Assembly: GCA_020536535.1 (NCBI GenBank)
Contig: JAHLWZ010000976.1
Span: 1 to 34,714 of the forward strand
Origin: Pelomyxa schiedti
Lineage: Eukaryota > Protista > Evosea
Length of the DNA stretch: 34,714 nt
Reading direction: 5' to 3'
In this document: positions 21,283 through 33,166 of the stretch, piece by piece
Numbering within the stretch: position 1 is the stretch's first letter
How the letters are laid out: each line of letters begins with the position of its first letter
Program-made: the position numbers and the translations under genes
Notes under the pieces: model-generated
Told to the model about the DNA's origin: nothing
The model's database searches: none
The model's input: the letters and a program-made list of their open reading frames with translations, nothing else

Positions 21283-24200
21283 TTATGCGAACTTGTCCCC
21301 GAACTCTGATATTAGTCCACAATATGCTAGTGAAGAGAACTGTGTGAGCTTCATGCAAGGAAAATGAGAGCATACTCGCGTTGTTGTGACAGTGGTGTCC
21401 TGCACCAGAGCACTCACGGCCTTGTGAGTTACACACAGAACTATTATGGTTGCTGTGCTCTGCACATGAGTAATAACTACAGACTTTGTTATATGTTCCC
21501 CTTGCACCAGGCTTGTTTGCACACATGTACCTGTGGGGTGTTTTAATTGATAGTATTGATGAAGGCCACATACAGAGCTGGTTTGTTACACCCAGGCCAC
21601 ACGCACATGCGCCCATTTGCTTGCTTGGCAGATTTCTTAGTTTCTGAAAGCTCACGCTCCAATTTTTCCTTCTCTACTGAAAGTGCCAGAATACTCTCCT
21701 TCATAATTGCAGACTGTCTCTGCATTTCCAGAAGGTCTTTTTGTATGGTAAACTTCTCGGCTTCAAAGTGTTGGTTCTGCTCCCTCAATCCTTCATTTTG
21801 CACTGTGAGATCGACAATAATTCCCTTGTCGGCGTCATGAAGCTTTTTCTCATTGTCCAGGTCGGTCTGAATCTTTAGTAATTCGTTCTGCCACGCGTTT
21901 TTCTCTGACTCCCACCGTGTTTTTTGCTCTTGAAGCTCCACCAATTCTTCAAGTCTCGTCTTGTTTTTAGCGCATTCCTCTTCTTTGGCTTTGTTGGCCG
22001 CTTCATCAATCTGGTTTACATTTACAGTAATATTATCCTGTGGGTTGGGGAGAGTCTCAGAAAGTGGGGACAGTGCTCCTGTTTCTTCAAACGAAATGGC
22101 ATGCTGCAGTGTTCCAGAGATGTTAAGGAAATTCGTGACAAATGTATGACTGAAAGGAGGTTAGAATGAAGTTGCATAGCAATACACACCATTTGGGGTT
22201 GTCACAAGTTGGGTTTGCTCCTGCACTTGAGGCTACTTTGAACATATTTTTAACAACCTCGGCAGCACTCCCCATTTCAGAAAGTGCTTGTGTGCACTGT
22301 CTTGCTCTCAGAAAAACTTCTTCTTCAACTTGCGCAATAGTCTTCTCCATTCTCAGTATTTGGGGTGAAAGAAGTTGAAGAGTTTGCTGGATGACAGTGC
22401 TTAAGCTAGTGTGCTGAAATGTGAGAAGTGACTGTCTGTGGGAAGCTAGTGTCTTCTGCCTTTCTGTAATGTTCGCGTATAATTTTGTCAAGAGAGATAT
22501 TTTCCCCTGCAATTTCTCAGAGATCCCTGCACAAATTATCAATCAATAAGCTAGGAGTACACTTGCTAACCCTGAAGTTGGGCACAGAAATTTTTGAAAG
22601 CCTCGTTAAGAGGGATTGCAGGATGACCCATGTGCGAGCCAACCATAATGCACTCAGAACATACTGGAATGTTGCATTGTGTGCATAATACGGACTTATT
22701 TCTACAACCGTGGTCGGTGCAATAGGGGTAAGAAGGAACTATCCAGGCAGTGGACACTGGCAAAGGTGTAGAAGAGTCAGTACTGGTACAAACTATAAAT
22801 CGCTCGGTGAGTAAATCAGGTAAGAAAATGGGTGCAGTATGGGACTGTATCACTCCATGGTGCTGAATGAGCCTTGTTAGAATAGGCTCATTAGGCTCAG
22901 ATGCTGAAGAGATTATTGTACTGGATACTGGAGCGGGATTAGGTACTGAAGTTGGGGATGTTGGATTGGACACTGAAGGTGGAGATGGGGGATTTGGGCA
23001 TGCAAGGGTGGGGTGTGATGCTGAGCAACATGCAGTGAGGGGATAGAAACGCGCTGGGAAGTGTGGGTCGGGTACTCCCTCAAAAAGTACACTGCTCGCG
23101 GTGTGAATAAGTTGCTTGGATTTCGTCACACGATATAAGCTAAAGGGTAACTCACCTCCAATCTATCTTGTAGAGGTTTTTTCATCGAAATAAGAGCGAA
23201 GTCTTCAGTACTATCTAAATTTCCTTTCGCAACTTGTCTTCCTTGTTGAAGGGACTCCAGTAACACAGATATCTGGGTTTTTTTGGTAGTTATGAGTTTC
23301 TCTGATTTGTGGTTAGCTGGAATAGTTGTACTACTGTGCAATTCACCTTGGGTCATGGAAGTTTGATTGAAGTAATCTCTGAGTTTTGCATGCTGTGCCG
23401 AAAGGCAAACGCCGAGATTATCAAATTCAGTTTTTGTTCCGCCAACTAAACTGTCGTATTCCTTTCGAAATGTGAAAATTTGTAAAGGCGCTGGGATTGA
23501 CACTAACATCTTTAGCTGCAGCTTGACATGTTGCGAGTTGTGTGAGTATGGATTTAAGTCTTTCTTCATTAGCAGAAACCACTTGTAGGAGTTCGGAGAG
23601 GAATTCTCTTGTATTCTTGGCAGCCCGGGAAATAGTGAAGTAAGGGTGACCCTTGTGCTCGTCGTCACAACAGGCACGGCACAATACCTACATGTGATGT
23701 CAGCAGCTGGGAGGCAAAGACGGTTGCTCACTTTTTCTTCTGCATAGCAGTAGTATTCTGCCTTGTTATCGTCGTAGCAGCACTTCTGGAGAGTTGGCTG
23801 CGCACAATACATATTATTAGGCCACAAAACGTATTGTGTATTTGTGTGATCTGAACCGTCGGTTTGTATTCCTCAATTCTAGTAATTTTGTGCAATTGAC
23901 GAATTCTCGCTGTCTTGTGGTAATTCGTATTGCAGTCTGCACATTGGAAGTGAAGGTCACATGACTCACAGTGAACAGCTGCTGGCATCGGTTGGTGAGT
24001 TTCAGTGTCGTCTGCACAGAAAAAACACGATTGAGGAGGTATCTTTGAGTCATGGCAAGAGGGAATACATACCACACATGATGATCTGTGGAGTCAAGGT
24101 TTGAGCAATTTGGTTTATGAGGTAGTTCTTTGGTAATTTTTCCAGTTTTTCAAGGTTCCCGTAGAAAGGCTCCCTACAAAGTGGACAATTTAGAAGTAGC

Positions 24201-24738
24201 TCGTTACTGGTTCCATCCGCCTCAGTTGTAGACTGTATACTTGTACTTGCAGTGGCAGTTGCACTGGTACTTGCAGTTGCCGTTGTAGTTGCAGTTTCAC
24301 CTGGGTGCGCAGTTGCATTGACGTCTGGAGTAGATACACGTGGCACTGCAGTTGCGCCAGGAGCAGTAGAACAAGAATTTGGAGCAACTGCGGTAAGTTC
24401 AGAGACTCGGTGTTTGCCATCACATACGGCCAACTTGGCCGTCTGCGTCGTGTAATTTGCAAGTTCAACGAGGCATCTGTAGTCGAAAGTGTGCAAGCAA
24501 GGAAGTAATCTAGAAAAAAACAAAAATCAGAAAAGAAAGATAGCGCCACGCACACCAACATAAATAAAACAACGTACAAACAACGAATCATAAACAGGAC
24601 AAACAAATTTGGAAGTGTGGGGGAAATGTGGGGAGTAGATTGCCTGGCGTCCACGAATTTAGAGTGGCAAATAGGACACTCGATAGTCCGTGCAACTTCG
24701 CTGGTTACGCCTCCTCCCGTGTGCCCCCCTTGCATCAT
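21283..24738 (-). CDS. TRIM-like E3 ligase: RING, B-boxes, coiled coils, Cys/His-rich tail
   Basis: ECPICHSKFVDAR|LLPCLHTFDYRCL...CPLCREPF; B-box HCESCDLHFQCADCNTNYH; C..C..DEHKGH; further B-box CTDH..CTQCNIPVCSECIMVGSHMGH; E/K/Q-rich coils. Could be two genes. Confidence 0.75.
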
Positions 24739-25052
24739 GAAGCGTAAGTACGGCTGATTGGATTTCGCAAAAAACCAACTGAGCTTGCTTTCGCAATGTT
24801 TCCCACCAAGTTGAAATCTCCCAGTGGAGGTTCCAGCATGACCGGAGTACTCTCCTCCATTGAGATCCCAGAGTATACTCCTATATCTCAGCACCCTTCC
24901 TTTGCTTGCGCAACAACCATCACCAGTACTGGATTCTTGGAAACTAGTCTCCTTTTGTGAGAGGCTTCCAAGAGCCCAAGTTGTCCCGGCACCAACGGCT
25001 TTAAATCACGAGACAACGTAAAACAACACAACAAAAAAAAAAACCAAACAAA

Positions 25053-27458
25053 ATGGATGTGTACCACTTGTTACCAGACCGTTTTAGATCAGCAGGCACA
25101 CCTTGTTATGATGTTGTATTTTTTCCCCGTCCACTTTGGAAGTAACGTGATTCAGGGTGAATTTCCACCAGGATTCTATGGGGGATCAGTAAGGGAGACC
25201 ATCGATGCTTTACCTTATATTCGCGCACTGGGATTTAGTGCTGTATTCATTGGACCGTTTTTATTTAACCACGAACATGGTTTTATATCCTTTTTGAAGG
25301 GATTTATTGACTTTTAACTGGGCGCACCAACAGCCTACCATGGATATCACACATTAGACTTTGAGAGATTGGACCCAAGGCTTTTTGGAACTCGGCCAGG
25401 GGAGAATCCTGCTGAATTGCCCCTTGAGTTGATGGCTGAATTGCGGCAAGCCTGCGATACAAATAATTTGAAAGTGAGCACTTTTCTTCTCCCCAAACTA
25501 ACCCGTTTTTCAAGATTATCTTTGACTTTGTTCCGGTTTGATTGACGGATTGTCGAGCGGTTGAATTTAACTTTCAGAATAGAATCATATCCATAGGGAC
25601 CATCCCTGGATAAGAGATGCAGAGCACAGAGATTGGTTTTTTAGAGACTCACATGGGGAGCCCTGCAAATTCTTCTTAGGATGCAGAGAGTTGGTCAAAA
25701 TCAATCTCAATCATCGGCCTGCACGAGAATATATCCTCCGGCTCGCAATGAGACTCATCCCGTATATAGATGTATTAAGAGTGGATCACGCACTAGGTTC
25801 CATTCTGGCTTCTCGTTTGAGCTAACAATTACAAGGTTGTTCCAAGGATTTTCTGCGGGAACTTACACAGCAAGTCCACGCGGCGAAGGCTGATGCTCTG
25901 GTGCTTGGGGAATTTTGGGTGGATGAGAACTTGTGGAGAGATTCCAATTTCCTTAGTTTGATAGATACATTTGACGCACTTGATCTTAGTGAAAAAGTGA
26001 AACAGTCAACCATGTCCATCATCTCATTTACCATCTACAGGAGCAACTTCGAGTTATGAAAACGGAGAATTACGAACTTCAGGTTGTTCAGCACTTCTTA
26101 CAGATCACATTTGCAGGAGGCGAAGACGGAAATCCACAGTATCGCACACTGCAATAACTATGAGTAAAACTTTCACAGGACATTTATTGTAGATGGAGCT
26201 CTTGACTTCGAAGCCAATCTTATTATACAGAGACACGCTAAGAGGTCACTGACATTTTTTGGTTTATTTCCGATTAACGCTTTTCAGGCTTGCTCGTGAT
26301 TCCATATGCTCACGGATTTCCAAGTATCTCCCCGGACTTGAAAAATGTTTCCTTACTAATGATAGATGTGTGCCGGGACCTGGTGTGATTACTTTACTAT
26401 ACAAATCTGGGTGGCAACAATCATACATTCACTTTTCTGTTAATCCTGGTGGTCTGTGGACGGATTCTCCAGGCTTTGCTATGAAGCCTAGGTGATGCTT
26501 GCGCTTCTGTTATTATTCTTGACAAAAAAAGTTGTCGTGAAGGTTGGTGGGGGATCAACATTCCTGCTTCATGCATTACGTTCTGCTTGACAAATGGAAC
26601 TAATGACTGGGACAACAATTCAACTCAGAATTATACCATTGATTCCCCTGGAGTGTAAGAGAATAGCCTTAGTTTGTACCTCTCACAACAGTAGATTTGA
26701 CCTTGAAGATGGTAACCTTAAATGTATTCATCGCAGTGATACTATTGTTCCTCGAGTACTGGAACCTGAATGCCGAGTTCACTTTTGGGGTTCTCCGGTT
26801 GATGCCAATGAGTGCTCATGTGGAGAGTAACTTCCATTTCTGTGAATTCTAATTTCAAGCAATACAAGGTACCTCGCCACTGAAGGGCTAATCCGTGAAC
26901 TATCCACGCACTTTGAACGTTATCCACACTACTTCATACTGCCACAATTCCTCGATAATCATGATACTAACCGCATAATGCTCACCTGTGGGAATCAGTA
27001 CTCACTCGTACTTAGTATTGCCGCTGTAAGCCTATACCGCATTTTTAGTTAGTTTTACATTAAATTAGGCTGTAAGGCACATAAGCCGGCAGTTTAATCA
27101 CCCGTTCTTCCTCTACTATGGTACTGAGCTTGGGATGACCCATTTCAAAGACATCCGTTCTATGGTCTGGCCATTCTCCCTTTATCCTCACTAGCTCACC
27201 ATTCAAACAGGAGTACGGAGACAACCAAGCAAGGCAACCCTTTCGCTGGGGCCGCAAGGAGTACACACAGGTCAGCTTTACCCCCACATCCACTATCTTC
27301 TCTCATCATTACTATCCATTCAGCACATTGTGTCCATGACGGGGGCCCTATTTGGCAGTTCCACGAACTCCGAAATTGCCTTGCCTTGGTACCTGTCCTT
27401 GGGATCCCCAGACCAAAGAACAACCACAACCACAACCACACCAGAACAGCGTTTGTAG
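25053..27458 (+). CDS. GH13 alpha-amylase-family enzyme (neopullulanase/cyclomaltodextrinase-like), no signal peptide, with inserted CBM25/26-like module
   Basis: YHLLPDRF, YIRALGFSAVFIGP, YHGY, DFVP|NH, RVDHA (nucleophile), LGEFW (acid/base), FLDNHD, LYYGTELGM, ARQPFRW. 3' end approximate. Confidence 0.85.
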
Positions 27459-27623
27459 TCAAAGAATAGGAAAATAAATGGCAACAGTTACTGTTCATCT
27501 GTGCTAGGAAGAATGACTTGGCCAAGTCAGGAAGGTGGCATGGCTTCAATGCAAGAGTTTGTGGTTTCTGAGGAGGTATTTATTTTGAAGTCATCACTTT
27601 TGTTTCCCATAACAACCGGGAGC

Positions 27624-28575
27624 ATGGCGGCGAGGGGCAGAGACGAGAGCGCAGTGATTTTGGACGTGCCAATAATAGACCAGCACTATCTCTCAGATCC
27701 TCGAAACCCCAGCCAACCAATTGTAAACACATGCGGCGAATGTTGCATCGCAATGTGTCTCGATTACTTGATGCCAGAGGCATGGGAGACCTTTCATTAC
27801 TTTGAATTAATGTGAGAGGGTCAATGGCACATCAACACTTTGTGAGAAAAATCCTGACGTGAACACTTTGGCAGAAGCACATCACTGTTGACCATGTTAT
27901 AAAGTATGCTTTGGGTGCGAAGTATTTTGACCCTGAAGACCCATTGCGGTACAATCCCACAAAACTTTTTTGTTTCCTCCCATGGCGCTGTCTAGACTGT
28001 ACACATCACCTGCAAATCTCATCATGATAGCCCAGCACTATTGCGAGACCACGATTTCTGGGCAAGTGACATCAAGGTTGTCCTATCCCGTTAAATGGTT
28101 ACTAATTTAATAAAATGACCAGCTCACCTGCTGAGGTTCTTCGCAAATTCATTGTTGATATGAGGCTTCCTGTGATATTAGACGTGCGTTCGAACTTCTC
28201 GCGCCTAGGATGCTCACATTTTGTTGTTGTATGTCACATGCCACCAATTCTGCAACACCAACTTAACTTAGTCTCTGACTGTATTCATAGGTTCGGGGTG
28301 TTGATGCCAATGGGGACTTTGTTATCAACGACCCGTGGTCCCGAGCCGAGCTGACCACAACTGGCCAAATCTGGGTTCCAGAGGGTGGATCCTACACCCT
28401 ACCATTTGCAGGTCGTTTTCTCTTTCTGTTTTTTCCCTATCTAACTTAGCTTTTTGTTTGCGTTGTATCAGAAATGGATGTGGCGTGGAACTCGCATCCA
28501 GACGATGTCGATCGGTTTTATCTCGTTATGGCCACAACAAGCGCAACTTCAATCTCGCTGGCAGCGAGATTGTAA
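27624..28575 (+). CDS. Peptidase C39-like (papain-fold) protein
   Basis: LDVPIIDQ, NTCGECCIAMCLDY (Cys), LPVILDV, SHFVVV (His), FVINDPW (Asp). Confidence 0.75.
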
Positions 28576-28794
28576 ATTCAGTGAACCGGGTTCCGTTTTC
28601 ACTAACCCCGAGTCTTGGGGAACCCCCTGTTGCCTGACATCCACAAGTCTTACATCTCAAAAATCACAAACACCAAGGTCACCTAAATTGTTCTTCCCAG
28701 GGAACAAGAACCCACCGGCGTGGTAAAAACCCAGAAAAACAAGCCACAAAAATACAAACAAATAAAAAAAAAAAACAAAAAAACAAAGAAGAGG

Positions 28795-30315
28795 ATGGCC
28801 AGGGGCTTGTTGTTTGTTTGTATTTTTGTGGCTTGTGCACTGGCTGCCACAACGCCATTCACGATATATTTTTTCGACGTCGGTCAGGGCGACACCTCTC
28901 TGATAGGTCATTACATGAATTCCGTTTCACTCGTTCATTCGATTTTTTTTTTTTCAATTAACAAGTGACGTTTACTTTGCAGTGTTCCCCAATGGGTACT
29001 CTTTGCTTATTGACTGTATGGAGGCTTCCACTAGCTCCAATGCAAATGCAGTCAAGGTAAGAACCCAAGCATGAAATAACCATGTGCCTTGTCTTATCAA
29101 TACAAGATTGCATCACGAATCAGGGAGATAACTGGAGGCTCCTACGTAAATGCCACTCTGATTACTCACATCCACACGGATCACATTGGATACCCGCTTA
29201 AGGGTGGAGTTTGGTCTCTGATCGAGCAACAAGGCATCACATTTGGGAAGCTGGTTGACCGCAATTGTGCCTCATGGACTGGTGTGCTTTCGGAAATCTC
29301 TTCCTAATTATAACGTCCTTTAGATAACAACAAGGATGGAACTTGCACAAGCAGTGAGTTCACCTATATTTATTGTGGTTCTGTTGGTACCACTTGCACT
29401 AACTGGGTCTGCTGGGATAGGAATCCTGCGTCAACAAAGGTACTCGGATATTTTACATAGATACTCGTACTGAACGAAATGCAGATCTACCCGGTGAGAG
29501 AGCAAGCAACTGTCTGCAGTAAAACGCAGATTGACCCAAAATACACTGGAGCCTCTGTCACTATAACTTCTGCTGATGGTGTTGGTGCATACACTTCTGC
29601 TGGTAAACCTCTTAATGCTGACCGTACTGGAGACAGGTATGCTAAATACTTTCGGTTCACGTTTCTTACACATTTTCAGCACTCCCCCAAGTGAAAATGA
29701 CTACTCACTGGGCGTTTTGGTGCAGTTTGGTCAATTCTTGTATTCTACTACTGGTGACATCTCTGGTGAATACTCTGGCAGCTACAATAGTATTTCTCCC
29801 AAAATTATCCTTCCTTGTTCTTACATAATTAGATGTGGAACAGTATGTCCAGGGAAGAATAGGCCCAATTGATGTAATGAAAGTGAACCACCACGGTTCC
29901 AGTCACTCTACTAACCAGGAGTGGGTCGATACCTTACAGCCAACTGTGTGTTTACCCTTACTTGTTATTTTTTTTTAGTTTGACACCGCATAGGTATCAC
30001 TGATCAGTGTTGGTGCTTCCAATTCTTATGGTCACCCAACTCAACAGACTCTCGACAGGCTGCAGGCGGCCGGTAGCGTGGTCATTGCAACTGAAAAAGG
30101 CAACCCTGTAAGAAATCCTGTGAAAAGAACTCCCATACCTAAACTCACTAAATTACCAACAGACTGCCGATTGGGGTGATGCCATCTCGGCTAACGGAGA
30201 TATCATTATCACGTGCCCTGATGATAAGTGCGCGACCTACACTGTTCAAGCTGGAACTGTTTCAACACGTACCTACACCACCAAGGGTGTAACCCCACCC
30301 ACTTGTGCCATTTAG
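28795..30315 (+). CDS. Secreted ComEC/Rec2-like metallo-beta-lactamase-fold hydrolase (putative nuclease/phosphodiesterase)
   Basis: Signal MARGLLFVCIFVACALA; FFDVGQGD, LLIDC, THIHTDHIG, ENDYS, TGD, KVNHHGS, ISVGASNSYGHP..TLDRL. Confidence 0.88.
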
Positions 30316-30515
30316 ATACAACACATCTAAAAAAAAGCTCTTTCTTTCCGTTTTAAAACTGTACTGAACCCGAATTGGGGAATTGGTATTTGGCTCACGG
30401 AAGAGCGTTGTTTTTGCTTGTGTACGGATAAGTGTTTGTTGATCAAGCATCTGGCCAGAAACAACTCTGATCACTCTGGACCGTTCCCCTAAATCAGTCC
30501 CTCGTTATATAATAA

Positions 30516-32568
30516 ATGCACACAGCGTCCGTTGAAACGGTGCTCCCCACTTTCCCTTTGATTGTATTATTTGGTGTGTTGCTTGTGTCTGGCAACTCAG
30601 ATTCGCGAAACGAAACGACACGTAACTCTTCACTGAACAGACGCCGCCACCTCCGCCGCCTTTACGAGAAAGACAGGCGTTGCCGTCAGGGTGGTCCCAA
30701 AGGACGTCGCGTTCCGGGGTTGTGTTTTTCTTCAACGAAGTGACGAGGGAGCGCTCCTATACTAGGCCTAGGGCGGCCAACTTGGCTGCGTCGCTGCGCA
30801 CCAGCTGCTCTATAAATAGAGGCAAATCCAGTGAGGTGTTTTATCCTGTTGTGATATCAGAGGAGGAATCTTACTGTTTTTATTTATTTGTAATTGGCAG
30901 ATACCATCATTATTTCAACTTTGTACAAGGGCGATTGCTGTCGTGGACTCAATTCAATGTGATAGAACATACATACCTTCACACGTTGCTGATGAGATCC
31001 TAAGTAGCTTGCAATCAGAAAACCTCATATGTGCAAATACCCTATCACGTGTGCTCAAGTACATTGGCAAATCTCTCACTTGTTTTGCTGTTCCAAATGA
31101 TGCACCTTCCCCCGCTCGTACAACAAGCTCAATTGCGGAATTCTGCCAGAATTTACGTATATTGGCACTCAACCGGTGTGGGAAGCTATCTACATCTGCT
31201 TTAGAGCAGATAGCGCGATCAAATCCCTGCCTACAAGTGAGTTACTGGTTCAAGACCTTGAATGTTATCTAACTAACTAGCCTTAACGTTAAGGTCATCG
31301 ATGTTAGTGAGTGCCCACAGATTACTTCCGCAGCTGTTGGTTCACTTGGGGCTCTTTGCACTAACCTTACATCTTTATCCTGTGGCCACTGCATGTCGAT
31401 CACGGGGTGTCTTGAAATCACATTTCCGGGTTTGGCCTTTCTAAATATCAGTGGAACTTGTATCGACTCTCTAGTACTCACCTGCCCGAATCTGGAGCAC
31501 CTCAATTGCAGTGAATGTGGAGTGATTTCATCCATCACAAGTAAAGTTGCTATGACAGCTTTATCTTATTTGGTTGTATTCAAATGCAGACTGCTCGGTC
31601 CCGAGACATTCCTCCCTTTCATTCAATCCACTCAGGGCGCAATAAGAGAATTAAATCTAACTGAATGTTATGCTATGGACAGTGTTAGCCTAAGTAAGCT
31701 ATGCCTCATGACACCAAACGTTACACACATGAATATGGCACGGTGTTCAATTGATGAGGGAGTAATTGCTTCACTTGGTACTTGCCATGAGTTGTCAGAA
31801 CTTCATCTTACTGATTGTAAATGCACGTCCCCATCTTTGGTGGGCCTTGGTGAATGCCACAACCTTCAGCTCGTGTCATTCCCCCCAAATACCACCAGTG
31901 AAATGATACTACCCCTTTCCACTAAATTATCCTCCCTAACCGTGGCCAACATGGTAGGAATACCACACATCCGAGGAAATGCAATTTCAGTGCTCATCAA
32001 GAACTGCCCTATGCTATCCACACTGAATATTAGCGACTGTCTGGCAATTGATGACACCGCTTTCTATTGGGATGAAAGCCCCAAACCAGAGTCACCAATC
32101 GACTCCGGAACTCCAAAAATCAATCCCTCCGTGGAAGCACAAACCTGTAACCTTTCAGTGATAACTGCCGAATCAGTTCCTCTCACAGACACAGCGCTCA
32201 TCAACATATCCCACCAGTGCCCCAATCTCACAACAATAGACTTCAGCCGGAATTCTCATTTGACCGACCACGGAATTGCCGCACTTGTGAAGAACTGCCC
32301 TCTGCTTTCATCGATTGTCCTGCAGTTCTGCACCCAACTCACAGACTCGGCACTGCTTCATCTTTCCTCCAACAAGAGTGAATTGCTTGTTGTGGATATA
32401 TTTGAATGCAGTCAGATAAGTCCAGCCGGAGTTATTTCTCTCCTACAAAGCAGGAAAGTGGTGACTCTGAACTGCAGCCAAAGTGTGTATGAAAGGGTGT
32501 TGGCTACTCCAGATTCCACAGCACTCCTAAAAACCACCAAACTATGTTACGGCAGAAGTAACTACTAA
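30516..32568 (+). CDS. WW-domain plus cysteine-containing LRR protein with BC-box-like motif (putative cullin-RING substrate receptor)
   Basis: LPSGWSQRTSRSGVVFFFNEVTRERSYTRP; IPSLFQLCTRAIA; repeated LxxxCPxLxxLxLxxCxxLTD units. Confidence 0.82.
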
Positions 32569-32732
32569 AAGAACTTTTCAAAACAGAATATTTTCAACAT
32601 ATTTTTTTACGTTTCCACAAATTGCTTGGTTACAATAGATGTATGTAAGCGGCATGCGGGTGTTTTTCAGCATAAGTTAGTGTCATGTGATGCAAGTGAC
32701 AAAAGTGTTGGCGGTCTGTACCTGTGCCAACA

Positions 32733-32972
32733 TGCTGTTCTGTGTGGTGGCGAACACTCCCCCACGTTTGGTTAGCATAATGCATGTACATCACAGACAC
32801 ACTGAATGAGGAGTGCAATCAGCCTTTCCAAAGTCCAAGCCGGAAAGTTACTTCCCGAGTTAAGTGTGCCACGAGAGCGTGGCCAGTGCACAGGTCAGTC
32901 ACGCGGGAACCCTCAGGGTTGAAAATAGAACGTGACGTTGAGGTGAAGCCTCTCAAGCAGCAGTTGTTTTTT
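32733..32972 (+). ncRNA. Candidate ~240-nt structured ncRNA (unassigned family), right copy
   Basis: Appears identical to the left copy; ends CAAGCAGCAGTTGTTTTTT. Confidence 0.35.
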
Positions 32973-33166
32973 GTTGTTAGACTTTTAAGGGGTTTCTTGA
33001 AAACACTCTTGGTTTTATAAATTTGATTTACCTTATTGCTGCACGAGAGAGAGCAAAGCAACCGGAAACACACCCGCGATAGAGCACACATAAAATGCTG
33101 TTTTCGTACGCGTTGGCGACCATCGTCGCGTTGTTCGTTTTGTTCGTCGTCTTGTCGCTCATTCTC

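Noticed and set aside
27320-27815. Possible splice fusion of the GH13 gene to the C39-like gene via ORF 27501..27815
   Set aside because: The GH13 frame has a plausible stop at 27456-27458 and the peptidase has its own ATG at 27624; a fusion needs an unsupported intron.
32830-32885. RNase MRP-like AAAGTCC and GAGAG-loop hairpin
   Set aside because: No 3' CR-V/P4 partner sequence found.
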